Assembly: GCA_040954595.2 (NCBI GenBank)
Contig: CM082579.2
Coordinates: 12,339,834-12,403,833 of the forward strand
From: Balanoglossus misakiensis
Taxonomy: Eukaryota > Animalia > Hemichordata
DNA length: 64,000 nucleotides
Direction of reading: 5' to 3'
Position numbers and translations under genes: made by a program. A model generated the notes under the pieces. The model saw nothing but the letters and a program-made list of their open reading frames with translations. It was not told the origin of the DNA and searched no databases. Of the stretch, positions 39,614 to 52,760 are shown piece by piece. Positions within the stretch are counted from its first letter, which is position 1. Each line of letters begins with the position of its first letter.

Positions 39614-42189
39614 TGACTGAATTTTACAGATAGAAGTTTGAAGAAAGATTTCAATACAGCGTAGGAATTTTATGGGCAGGGTTGTCAAAGGAGTACGGCG
39701 CACTGTGTAAAAAGTTCATGACTTAACAAAAAGGACATGGGGAGGTTACCTGGAAACCACTTCTTTTATTGCTGTAAACAATGATCGGTTGTCAAACAAA
39801 CACAGTCGCCAGACAGTGTTTCAGTGATACCTACTTGGACATATTCCAAATGAAAGCTTAAAGCTGCTATCGAAAACAACAAGATGTTTACGATTTTCGT
39901 TAGTTTGGACATATTCCAAAATTAATGAGTCTATTTTTAACCACTGGTGGCGCTGTTAAAATATCCTCATCTGAAAGCTCAATTCCCTTGTTATTGTTAT
40001 CAACTTCAGGTTTGCTTGATAGAACACAGGACCGCTTGTCTTTGACTTTTGTATGAACTATCCGATTACGTGTAATAGGTCCTCATTGAAAAAAATGAAA
40101 TCGAGTTAACTTCGGATTTACACCCAAAACTATGATTGCTGGGTGTGGCATGCCATGCGCACATTACAAAGTGTCAACGCAGCACAATTTCAGACGGGGC
40201 ATTCTCAATTCACCATGGCTTAAACAAGCCACACGAAAATGAAAGGACAACTAGAGGTTAAGTTATAAGTCAGCAAAATCTCGCTGATGAAACCAATTTG
40301 ACGTAAAAAATCGTGATGTAATTTACAGCTAATTCTAGACTAATTTAGGGTAATGCTTATATCTGATACAATTATACCGTTTCCAACTACATTCTCATCA
40401 TTGGCTAAATGTCTATTTTATGACAATTTGCTGATATTGCACTTAAAAACTACAAACTTTCGTGAGCAGGACAACTCCACACTCTTAACATGAGGCAAAA
40501 AGAATAATATGTGGTCTTCCGATTACATGGTTTTCAAAAATATGGTAGGTAGGGAAATCTTGTTATTTTGCGATTTTTTTTATTTCTCTGGCCGCCATAG
40601 GGTAGTTATATGACGTCATAGTTCCTCACAAGCGTGATTTGCGTAATTTTACTAAATGTTGTATATTTGACATCATTATTTTTACTTCCGGGTTTACGAA
40701 GCTCTAAAAGATTAAGGGTCGGAGCGGTAAATTTTGGGTAGGTCGGGTAATCGAAACAGCACATTTTTTTTATTTGGCCTTACACGAATATTACGGATAG
40801 AAGTTTGAAGAAAGAATTCAATACAGCGTAGGAATTTTATGGGCAGGGTTGACAAAGGAGCACGGAGCACTGTGTAAAAAGATCATGACTAAACAGAAAG
40901 GACATGGGGAGGTTACCTGGAAACCACTTCTTTTATTGCTGTCAACAATGATCGGTTGTCAAACAAACACAGTCGCATGACAGTGTTTCAGTAATAATTA
41001 CTTGGACATTTTCCAAATGAAAGTTTAACAGAAAGGATATGGGAAGATTATCTGGAAACGACCTATTTCCTCGCCCTCTACAATGCTCGTTTATCAACCA
41101 AGCATAGACACTAGGCAGTAATTTAGCTGTTGTCTGGCCAGTCATATTCCAAAATTAATGAGTTTATTTTGGCCAAAGGTGACGCTATGATATCTACTGT
41201 CGTTTGAAACTTCGATTCCAAGCTGCGAAGCTGACTAATAATAGCAGCTCCAAGTTCGATTGATATAGCATAGGTCCGCTGACTTTGACTTTCGATGAAC
41301 TAACTGATTCCTTGCAATAGGTCCTCGCGTCAAAAAGATGAAATTTAGTGAACTTCGGATATGCACCTAAAACTATGGTTCGAGGGTAAGGCATGACATG
41401 CGCACATTACAAAGTGTCTACGCAGCACAATTTCAGACGGGGCACTCTCAATTCACAAGCCCCATGAAAGCGAAAGGACAACTAGAGGTTAAGTAATAAG
41501 TCAGCAAAATCCCACTGGTGAAACTAATTTGGAAGTGAAAATCGTGATGTAATATACATGTTATTCTTATCCTAAACAGTATTGGTGTATTGAAGGCCTG
41601 TATACTAATATCGTATAGTATAAAAATCAGCAATATGCAGATTAGGGTAATTTGGGATGACGGCAATAATTTATAAGTGATAAAACTTTACCGTTTCTAA
41701 CTGCATTTCCAAATATTAGCCGATTCTCCGATTTATGAGAATTTGTTGGTGTTGTACACGTAAAGTAACAACTTGTATTAAAAATGACCAGGACAACTGC
41801 TCACTTTTAATATTACAACATATTTGAGGGTAAACGTTCGAAGAAAGAATACATTACAGCTTGTAATTCCGTGGGTACGGTTGACAAAACAGGTATTCAA
41901 GAGTGAGTACAATCTTTTAACAGAAAACTAAAACATAGGAAGATTAACTGAACCCGGCCAATATCCTTGCCCTCTACAATGCGTGTATATCAACCAAATA
42001 TAGTAACCATGCAGTTATTCAGGTGTTGTTTGAACAAACAGATTGTTTGAATCGGTCGCCATATCAAAATACTGAAATTGAGTAAACTTCGAATTCGCAC
42101 CAAAAAGTATGGTTTGAGAGATTTAAATTTTAGAGAAAGAATTCAATACAGCGAGTTTTGTGAAGCACGGAGCAATGTGTCAAAAGTTT

Positions 42190-42845
42190 TATTACACCTC
42201 ACGTATTATACCATATTCGTGATTGGCTGAGACGCGCTCACGTGATATAGAAAAAAAGTGATATAACATGGCTAGAGTTGATAAAGCCCTGTCGCGTGCG
42301 CTGATATTGCCCGCTGGGTTGTTTTGTGTTCTGCGCGCGACTTCTGCGCGTTCCAAACTGTCGTTCAATGGCTTCCTCCACGATCAGTCAACTCCCGCAT
42401 CTATGGCTTCAAAGCGACACATAGGCTTAACACCTGTTCAACTGGACGATATTTTACCACAAACGGACAGTAAATACAACAAAATCGCAACCAACAGTGC
42501 AGTATTTTCAAAATAATCTAAGTTCGAAGTAGGTATCGTATAATTCTTGGGAGATCGAGACATTTTACATTCTCAGCAACGTACGACATATGGACGCGCG
42601 TCTACGTTCTTCTATGCCTGCCTTGTATGTACGTTCAAATGTTCGGCGTAATAAAATTAATAACACATGATGCTCGGGCAACATCACGATTTGAAGCCTG
42701 CCCTCGGGCTGGTGATCTCTGACCACAATATTGATGATACCCTCGCCTGCGGCTCGGGCATCATCAATATTGTAGTCAGAGATCACCATCCCTCGTGCAG
42801 GCTTCAAATCGTGATATTGCCCTCGCTATCATGTGTTATTATTTA
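42190..42845. mobile_element. palindrome-bearing non-autonomous element (possibly Crypton-like) inserted in the array
   Basis: Starts TTATTACACCTC..TTATACCAT..GATTGGCTGAGACGCGCTCACGTG and ends in a ~185-bp palindrome (42659-42840); interrupts an array unit. Confidence 0.55.
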
Positions 42846-45800
42846 ATTCTCGTGTGTATCCATTTTTCATCATCGAAATATGCCCGTTGTTCTTGTACAT
42901 TCATCATGGAATACTACATAATGAAGATAGAAGAAAGGTTTGGGCAACTGTAGCTGCATGCAATTCGTAAATATTGCCCGTAAGACTTGAAATGATGCGC
43001 GGGTTTGTTTACAACGGAAATGTTGTACATGTCGATCAGCAAACGTGCCACTTTGACATTTGATGGTCAGACCATTTTCGGATTTGATCTGGTTCCATCG
43101 ACTGATTTCTCCCATAAAGTTATCTTCCCAAAATTTCGCCGAATTAGTGCGCATTTCTTCGCTGAGTCGCTTGATTTGGGGCGACCAAACCTCTTCCGCA
43201 TAGATTCACATTGGAGTGCGTATGCGCACTAGTCACGTGTGTCAACAGGAGCCTGACTCACGTGACTTTCTGTCCGGACAGAAAGTCATTCTTCACTCGT
43301 TATATTGTAAATTGTATGAGTTTATGAGCAGAGCTGGGGATGATGACTGTTCGATTCAGTATCAATTATCATCTACTTTTAGAAATTATAGATGCCGTTT
43401 CAAACAAAATTTTGCCCCTGAGGAGGTTAGCTGGAAACCAATTCTTTTATTGCTGTTAACAATGATCGGTTGTCAAACAAACACAGTTGCCAGACAGTGT
43501 TACAGTAATAGTTACTTGGACATATTCCAAATGAAAGCTTCATGCTGCTAACGACAAAAACAAGATGTTTACGATTTTCGTTATTTGGACATATACCAAA
43601 ATTAATGAGTCTATTTTGACCACTGGTGGCGGTGTTAAAATATTCTCATCCGAAAGCTCAATTCCCTTGTTATTGTTATCAACTTCAGGTTTGCTTGATA
43701 GAGCATAGGTCCGCTGTCTTTGACTTTTGTATGAACAATCCGATTGCTTGCAATAGGTCCTCGTGTCAAAAAGATGAAATCGAGTTAACTTCGGATTTAC
43801 ACCCAAAACTATGATTGCTGGGTGTGGCATGCCATGCGCACATTACAAAGTGTCCACGCAGCACAATTTCAGACGGGGCATTCTCAATTCACCAAGGCTT
43901 AAACAAGCCACACGAAAATGAAAGGACAACTAGAGGTTAAGTTATAAGTCAGCAAAATCTCGCTGATGAAACCAATTTGACGTAAAAATCGTGATGTAAT
44001 TTACAGCTAATTCTAGACTAATTTAGGGTAATGCTTAAATCTGATACAATTATACCGTTTCCAACTACATTCTCATCATTAGCTAAATGTCTATTTTATG
44101 ACAATTTGCTGATATTGCACTTAAAAACTACAAACTTTCGTGAGCAGGACAACTCCACACTCTTAACATGAGGCAAAAAGAATAAAACGTGGTCTTCCGA
44201 TTACATGGCTTTCAAAAATATGGTAGGTAGGTTGGGAAATCTTTTGATTTTGCGATTTTTTTATTTCTCTGGCCGCCATAGGGTAGTTAAATGACGTCAT
44301 AGTTCCTCACAAGCGTGATTTGCGTAATTTTAGTAAATGTTGTGTATTTGACATTGTTAGTTTTACTTCCGGGTTTACGAAGCTCTAAAAGAATTAGGGT
44401 CGGCGGGGTAAAATTTTGGTTGGTCGGGTAATCGAAACAGCACATTTTTTATTTGACCTGACATGAATTTTACAGATAGAAGTTTGAAGAAAGAATTCAA
44501 TACAGCGTAGGAATTTTATGGGCAGGGTTGACAAAGGAGCACGGAGCACTGTGTATAAAGTGCATGACTTAACAGAAAGGACATGGGGAGGTTACCTGGA
44601 AACCACTTCTTTTATTGCTGTCAACAATGATCGGTTGTCAAACAAACACACTCGCCAGACAGTGTTTCAGTGATACCTACTTGGACATATTCCAAATGAA
44701 AGCTTCAAGCTGCTATCGACAAAAACAAGATGTTTACGATTTTCGTTATTTGGACATATTCCAAAATAAATGAGTCTATTTTGACCACTGGTGGCGCTGT
44801 TACAAATGTCCTCATCTGAAAGCTCAATTCTCTTGATATTGTTTTCAACTTCAGGTTTGCTTGATAGAGCATAGGTCTGCTGTCTTTGACTTTCAATGAA
44901 CTATCCGATTGCTTGCAATAGGTCCTCGTGTCAAAAAGATGAAATTGAGTGAACTTCGGATTTGCACCCAAACAATGGTTCCTGGGTAAGGCACGACATG
45001 CGCACATTACAAAGTGTATACGCAGCACAATTTCAGACGGGCACGCTCAATTCACCTGAGGTTTGAACGAGCCCCATGAATGTGAAAGGACAACGAGAGG
45101 TCATTTTTTCAGTCAGCAAAATCCCGCTGGTGAAACCAATTTTGACGTGAAAATCGTGATGTAATTTCGATATAATTCTAGGGTATTTTAGGGCAATACC
45201 AATAACCTATATCTGATATAATTATACTTTTTTCAACTACATTCCCAAACATTAGCTTAATGTCTATTTTATGACAATTAGATGGTGTTGCACTTAAAAT
45301 CTAGAAACTTTCGTGAGCAGGACAACTTCACACTCTTAACATGTCACGAATATCATGGATAGAAGTTTGAAGAAAGAATTCAATACAGCGTTGCAATTTT
45401 GTGGGCAGGGTTGACAATGGAGCTCGGAGCACTGTGTATAAAGTGCATGACTTAACAGAAAGAACATGGGGAGGTTACCTGGAAACCACTTCTTTTATTG
45501 CTGTCAACAATGATCGGTTATTAAACAAACACTGTCGCCAGACAGTGTTTCAGTAATAGTTACTTGGACATATTCCAAATGAAAGCTTAAAGCTGCTATC
45601 GACAAAAACAAGATGTTTACGATTTTCGTTATTTGGACATATTCCAAAATAAATGAGTCTATTTTGACCACTGGTGGCGCTGTTACAAATGTCCTCATCT
45701 GAAAGCTCAATTCTCTTGATATTGTTTTCAACTTCAGGTTTGCTTGATAGAGCATAGGTCCGCTGTCTTTGACTTTTGTATGAACAATCCGATTGCTTGC

Positions 45801-48800
45801 AATAGGTCCTCGTGTCAAAAAGATGAAATCGAGTTAACTTCGGATTTACACCCAAAACTATGATTGCTGGGTGTGGCATGCCATGCGCACATTACAAAGT
45901 GTCCACGCAGCACAATTTCAGACGGGGCATTCTCAATTCACCAAGGCTTAAACAAGCCACACGAAAATGAAAGGACAACTAGAGGTTAAGTTATAAGTCA
46001 GCAAAATCTCGCTGATGAAACCAATTTGACGTAAAAATCGTGATGTAATTTACAGCTAATTCTAGACTAATTTAGGGTAATGCTTAAATCTGATACAATT
46101 ATACCGTTTCCAACTACATTCTCATCATTAGCTAAATGTCTATTTTATGACAATTTGCTGATATTGCACTTAAAAACTACAAACTTTCGTGAGCAGGACA
46201 ACTCCACACTCTTAACATGAGGCAAAAAGAATAAAACGTGGTCTTCCGATTACATGGCTTTCAAAAATATGGTAGGTAGGTTGGGAAATCTTTTGATTTT
46301 GCGATTTTTTTATTTCTCTGGCCGCCATAGGGTAGTTAAATGACGTCATAGTTCCTCACAAGCGTGATTTGCGTAATTTTAGTAAATGTTGTATATTTGA
46401 CATCGTTATTTTTACTTCCGGGTTTACGAAGCTCTAAAAGAATTAGGGTCGGCGGGGTAAAATTTTGGTTGGTCGGGTAATCGAAACAGCACATTTTTTA
46501 TTTGACCTGACATGAATTTTACAGATAGAAGTTTGAAGAAAGAATTCAATACAGCGTAGGAATTTTATGGGCAGGGTTGACAAAGGAGCACGGAGCACTG
46601 TGTATAAAGTGCATGACTTAACAGAAAGGACATGGGGAGGTTACCTGGAAACCACTTCTTTTATTGCTGTCAACAATGATCGGTTGTCAAACAAACACAC
46701 TCGCCAGACAGTGTTTCAGTGATACCTACTTGGACATATTCCAAATGAAAGCTTCAAGCTGCTATCGACAAAAACAAGATGTTTACGATTTTCGTTATTT
46801 GGACATATTCCAAAATAAATGAGTCTATTTTGACCACTGGTGGCGCTGTTACAAATGTCCTCATCTGAAAGCTCAATTCTCTTGATATTGTTTTCAACTT
46901 CAGGTTTGCTTGATAGAGCATAGGTCTGCTGTCTTTGACTTTCAATGAACTATCCGATTGCTTGCAATAGGTCCTCGTGTCAAAAAGATGAAATTGAGTG
47001 AACTTCGGATTTGCACCCAAACAATGGTTCCTGGGTAAGGCACGACATGCGCACATTACAAAGTGTATACGCAGCACAATTTCAGACGGGCACGCTCAAT
47101 TCACCTGAGGTTTGAACGAGCCCCATGAATGTGAAAGGACAACGAGAGGTCATTTTTTCAGTCAGCAAAATCCCGCTGGTGAAACCAATTTTGACGTGAA
47201 AATCGTGATGTAATTTAGATATAATTCTAGGGTATTTTAGGGCAATACCAATAACCTATATCTGATATAATTATACTTTTTTCAACTACATTCCCAAACA
47301 TTAGCTTAATGTCTATTTTATGACAATTAGATGGTGTTGCACTTAAAATCTAGAAACTTTCGTGAGCAGGACAACTTCACACTCTTAACATGTCACGAAT
47401 ATCATGGATAGAAGTTTGAAGAAAGAATTCAATACAGCGTTGCAATTTTGTGGGCAGGGTTGACAATGGAGCTCGGAGCACTGTGTATAAAGTGCATGAC
47501 TTAACAGAAAGAACATGGGGAGGTTACCTGGAAACCACTTCTTTTATTGCTGTCAACAATGATCGGTTATTAAACAAACACTGTCGCCAGACAGTGTTTC
47601 AGTAATAGTTACTTGGACATATTCCAAATGAAAGCTTAAAGCTGCTATCGACAAAAACAAGATGTTTACGATTTTCGTTAGTTTGGACATATTCCAAAAT
47701 TAATGAGTCTATTTTTAACCACTGGTGGCGCTGTTAAAATATCCTCATCTGAAAGCTCAATTCCCTTGTTATTGTTATCAACTTCAGGTTTGCTTGATAG
47801 AACACAGGTCCGCTTGTCTTTGACTTTTGTATGAACTATCCGATTGCGTGTAATAGGTCCTCACTAAAAAAAATGAAATCGAGTTAACTTCGGATTTGCA
47901 CCCAAACCTTTGATTGCTGGGTGTGGCATGCCATGCGCACATTACAAAGTGTCCACGCAGCACAATTTCAGACGGGGCATTCTCAATTCACCAAGGCTTA
48001 AACAAGCCACACGAAAATGAAAGGACAACTAGAGGTTAAGTTATAAGTCAGCAAAATCTCGCTGACGAAACCAAGTTGACGTAAAAAATCGTGATGTAAT
48101 TTACAGCTAATTCTAGACTAATTTAGGGTAATGCTTATATCTGATACAATTATACCGTTTCCAACTACATTCTCATCATTAGCTAAATGTCTATTTTATG
48201 ACAATTTGCTGATATTGCACTTAAAAACTACAAACTTTCGTGAGCAGGACAACTCCACACTCTTAACATGAGGCAAAAAAAATAAAATGTGTTCTTCCGA
48301 TGACATGGTTTTCAAAAATATGGTAGGTAGGGAAATCTTGTTATTTTGCGATTTTTTTTATTTCTCTTACGAAGCTCTAAAGGATTTAGGGTCGGCGGGG
48401 TAAAATTTGGGTTGGTCGGGTAATCGAAACAGCACATTTTTTTATTTGGCCTGACACGAGTTTTACGGATAGAAGTTTTAAGAAAGAATTCAATACAGCG
48501 TAGGAATTTTATGGGCAGGGTTGTCAAAGGAGCACGGAGCACTGTGTAAAAAGTTTATGACTTAACAGAAAGGACATGGGGAGGTTACCTGGAAACCACT
48601 TCTTTTATTGCTTTCAACAATGATCGGTAGTCAAACAAACACAGTCGCCAGACAGTGTTTCAGTGATACCTATACTTGGACATATTCCAAATGAAAGCTT
48701 CAAGCTGCTATCGACAACAACAAGATGTTTACGATTTTCGTTAGTTTGGACATATTCCAAAATTCATGAGTCTATTTTGACCACTGGTGGCGCTGTTAAT

Positions 48801-49540
48801 AATATCCTCATCTGAAAGCACAATTCCCTTGTTATTGTTATCAACTTCAGGTTTGCTTGATAGAGCATATGTCTGCAGTCTTTGACTTTCTATGAACTTA
48901 CTGATTGCTTGCAATAGGTCCTCGTGTCAAAAAGATGAAATTGAGTGAACTTCGGATATGCACCCAAACAATGGTTCCTGGGTAAGGCATGACATGCGCA
49001 CATTACAAAGTGTCTACGCAGCACAATTTCAGACGGGGCACCCTCAATTCTTCTGAGGTTTGAACGAGCCACACGAAAGTGAAAGGACAACGAGAGGTTA
49101 CATTTTAAGTCAGCAAAATCCCGCTGGTGAAACTAATTTGGAAGTGAAAATCGTGATGTAATTTACATGTAATTCTTATCCTAAACAGTATTGGTGTATT
49201 TAAGGCTTTTATACAAGTAACATTTCACTATTTTCAGGTTTGTTTGATATTATATAGGTCCGCTGCCTTCCACTTTTGATTTATTAACCGACTGCTGGCA
49301 ATATGTAATCATATCAAAGTACTGAAATTGAGTAAATTTCGGATTTACACGTAAAGATTTTTAAGTTAGCAAAAATCCGCTGATAGGGCAAATATGTTAA
49401 TGGAAAAAAATATTGATGTAATTATCAACATTACACTATACCTGAAGCTCATTGGTATAAAGCTTATATACCAATAATTTATGATAGCACTACAAAAATG
49501 TATATGCATAATCATTCAAATTCAGGTGGGGCAATATGGG

Positions 49541-49945
49541 ATAATATGAGGTTATTACGAAAATACCGTAAAGTATGCACGAGGACATTAGCGCCCAGTA
49601 ACGCCCGACGCGTAGTGGAGGGCGATGCGCTGCCCTAATGTCCGAGTACATACTTTGCGGTATTTTCGTAATAACCTTATTATTATACAACTTACATCTC
49701 TGTTAGTTCTTGTGTTGCATGTTACTTTTTGTTTACGTGCGTTGGAGTGAGGTGTCTTGAAACCGTCCGCATAACAACGCATACCTGTACACGGTGACTT
49801 GGGGCGCCTTGAAACGTATTTAACACGCGTTCCGTACGTACCGTTCCGTACGGCTTTTAAGTGCACGCTAAATTCTATTGTTCTTGGTGCCAGATGTATT
49901 ATAATATGAGGTTAATACGAAAATTACACAAAGTATGCACGAGGT
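49541..49945. mobile_element. palindrome-bearing element related to 57000-57650
   Basis: ~145-bp palindrome ATAATATGAGGTTATTACGAAAATACCG...CGGTATTTTCGTAATAACCTTATTATTAT; its first ~45 bp are repeated directly at ~49901. Confidence 0.6.
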
Positions 49946-50706
49946 CATTATCGCCAATACTATCAACAATGCTCGGTTATCACCAGAACTACAGAAGCCA
50001 GACAGTGCTTCAACAAGTTATTTGGACATTAACGAGGCTGTTTCTAACCACTGGTGCCGCTGTTTAAGCTACTGTCGTATGGTAGTCGACAGGTACAAGC
50101 TTCAAGTTTGCTATAGACATACATGTAGCGTGTCTGCAAAATTTGACTTTGCATGAACTAATCGATTGCTTTCGATGGGTCCTCGAATCAAAATATTGAA
50201 ATTGATAAAACGTCGAAGTTACAGTGGCATAACAGACCCAAATTACAAATTGTCTACAAGTTGTATCTACGGACCGCAACACTGAATAAACAAGACCCTA
50301 AAAATGACCACATGAAAGTGGAAGGGCAAGTCAAGGTAAGTTTTTGAGTTAGCAAAAATCCACCGCACTTTCTTTTCTCGGGGTGGAAGTATAGCGACCC
50401 CTACAGAATATGGATTGTGGTCAAGTTGTGGCATGGCATGTGTAATTTACAGATTGATATTGTTGTGTAAATCTCTATTAAGGTTACTAAAGGTTCTACT
50501 TACCCAATTAGTCCTGCTATCACAAACAGTATGTTATGCCTTGCCTTGATGTCAATCTAATCTGACAGCAATATGCGTAGCACTGTGTTGGTTCAATCAA
50601 TATATGTGAGCACTGCTGATAAGGACTGAAGGTGGCGCTGTGTACAGACTTCTGCAGATACATTGTTGTATGGATTTTCGCCAGGCATGATGTATGACTG
50701 CATCCA

Positions 50707-50773
50707 CACTCACTCACTCACTCACTCACTCACTCACTCACTCACTCACTCACTCACTCACTCACTCACTCAC
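50707..50773 (+). repeat. (CACT)n microsatellite
   Basis: About 16 perfect CACT units. Confidence 0.95.
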
Positions 50774-51549
50774 TTATTTTCATATTTTTTATGGCGACTG
50801 ATTTACCAGGCAGAATAGGCCAAACTGGCATCAGGGCTCACGTGCATGAGCCAAAGAAAGTTAGAGGGCGTCGTTAGAAAACCAGAAAGATGAACTGAAT
50901 GTCCTCACGTGATTCGTTTTGGAGGTCATAACAGGAAGAACCCCATACATCATCAGCTACATATGAGAAACTACTGTGAACAAACTCTTAATCCTATCAA
51001 TCTTATCCAAAGTAAAATGAAACTTGGAGATTCTATGCAAAAACAAGATATGAACTGAATGTCCTCGTGTGATGCGTGACAGATCATTTGGGCGTCGGCC
51101 AGTAGCAGAGAACCATTGATACTTTGTGTTATATATATACATTTTACTATGAAATGATTCCTTGGTGATTTCTTGATGTACAGGAGCTGATATAGTTGCA
51201 AATAGCCGACGAATTTAAACAGTCTGTTCAATTCACTTCGCATGTAGGCTACCACAGGGAACATAATAATCTTTTTATTGTTGTTGATCTTGATGATGAT
51301 GATAAATATTCCCTTGAAAAAGAATAAGTCATTCCTTGATGTTATACTGTAAAAGTACACTATATTGATTAAAGATAATATATAGATCGCCCAACGTCAT
51401 ATGGTCGCCCAGCGTCATTCCTGTAGTAGTTTATCAAGATCATAAGCAAGGATCATATATTTTCAAAAAACTTTATTTTATTTTATTTTTAAGAACAGAT
51501 CAGTGAATGCATTATGTACCTAATTTTTGTCTTCGGCAATGCAACTTAA

Positions 51550-52214
51550 GGTGGCATTGCATGAAACCGTCGAGACTTTTTCAGAGGCCTATTTCTCATC
51601 AAAGACAACGTTAAAACCCCCATATACCATATTTATTCTGGAAGCTGAGTTTTTGAACTTTTGTTTATGTTGCATATATTACTGATCCCGGAAATGGTTA
51701 CGTTTTTGGGTTAAAAAGCCCATTTTTTGATATTATGTCATTCAATTTAATTTAGGTAAAAAGTTGACCATGCATCATGCATCTTAATATGTCATTCGAA
51801 ACTAGAGCACACGTGCAAAAAAACCGAAACATTTTGTTTTGCGTTATCTGTTTCCATTGAGGAGTAACAGCGTTTGAAAGTTAGATTTTTAGAAAATTTG
51901 AACAAATTCGCGATGAGTTGTATTGAATCAGTTTATTCCCGCCAGAGACACTTTATCGACTAAAATACCGTTTTGTTAGATGGATCATACACAATCCCCT
52001 GAGCGAAGCTAAATTCTTCTGAAGTTGTCAAAATCAGCGAAAATGCAAACTGAGAAAAACGGCCATTACATTGTTGACACCTGTTTCTTAAGCTGTCGAC
52101 TCATTCAGAAAAGTGCTATTTTTGGGTGGTTATGCACCATTTCCGCCAAGGCGCATTTGTCAGAATGTGGATCAGTATTAGTTCTACCGATTTATGTAAA
52201 AAAGTAATGCCACC
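51550..52214. mobile_element. non-autonomous element with TTAA TSD (Kolobok-like)
   Basis: TTAA|GGTGGCATT ... AATGCCACC|TTAA. Confidence 0.75.
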
Positions 52215-52760
52215 TTAATGTTTTTTATTGTACATGTTCACTTTTCTCATGTTTTAAGACATGTTTCACAAAGAAATTAGCACCGAAGACAAAAGAAGCA
52301 TGCAGTCTGACCAACAGATTCACTAATAACTATAAGCAAATCGATTGTATTCATTACATCTGCTCCATGATAGCCGAACAGCAAAGGCTAGCTCACCGAT
52401 TGTGCAGATTTCACAGACAAACTGGTAACATTACTGTTTGATGATGGAGTTGAACTAAGGAGTAGATACTACTACTTCTAAGAGGTAAACAGATAAAGCA
52501 TTATTTGCATTGAGTTGCATGGCTTTTCCATCATTTTCAAAATGCCTCAAATTTGCTGTCTCCACCCTATAAATTCAAACTTTGCAGCAAAATGTTACCC
52601 ACTGAAAGAGTGTAACTTCGAGCCTCAGAAAGACAATCACAATGTTCATGAACATTTTTGGACAAAAGCAAATAGTTCTGCCAAGACAAGTAGGTCAGAG
52701 AGCTCATTTTCACTATGAGGGGCAACTATTTGAGGTGTTTGCCATCCCATCTGTTTCATA

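Larger units (their letters stand above)
33880..50360. repeat. complex tandem array (~14 units of ~0.7-1.25 kb) with a 2049-bp higher-order repeat
   Basis: Anchor G(C/T)GCACATTA(C/T)AAAGTG at ~34400, 35174, 35874, 38166, 38989, 40156, 41400, 43836, 45000, 45885, 47050, 47935, 48996 and (degenerate) ~50240. Spacing alternates ~1165/885 bp across 43.8-47.9 kb. Identical ORFs at 44705 and 46754 are offset by 2049. Confidence 0.92.

Noticed and set aside
45400-45480. Kinase Gly-loop-like peptide (FVGRVDNGARSTVYKVHDLT) in array units
   Set aside because: No VAIK, HRD or DFG motifs; stops and frame changes between copies.
43540-47077. Repeated ~100-aa minus-strand ORFs
   Set aside because: Identical only because of the 2049-bp duplication; other units break the frame.
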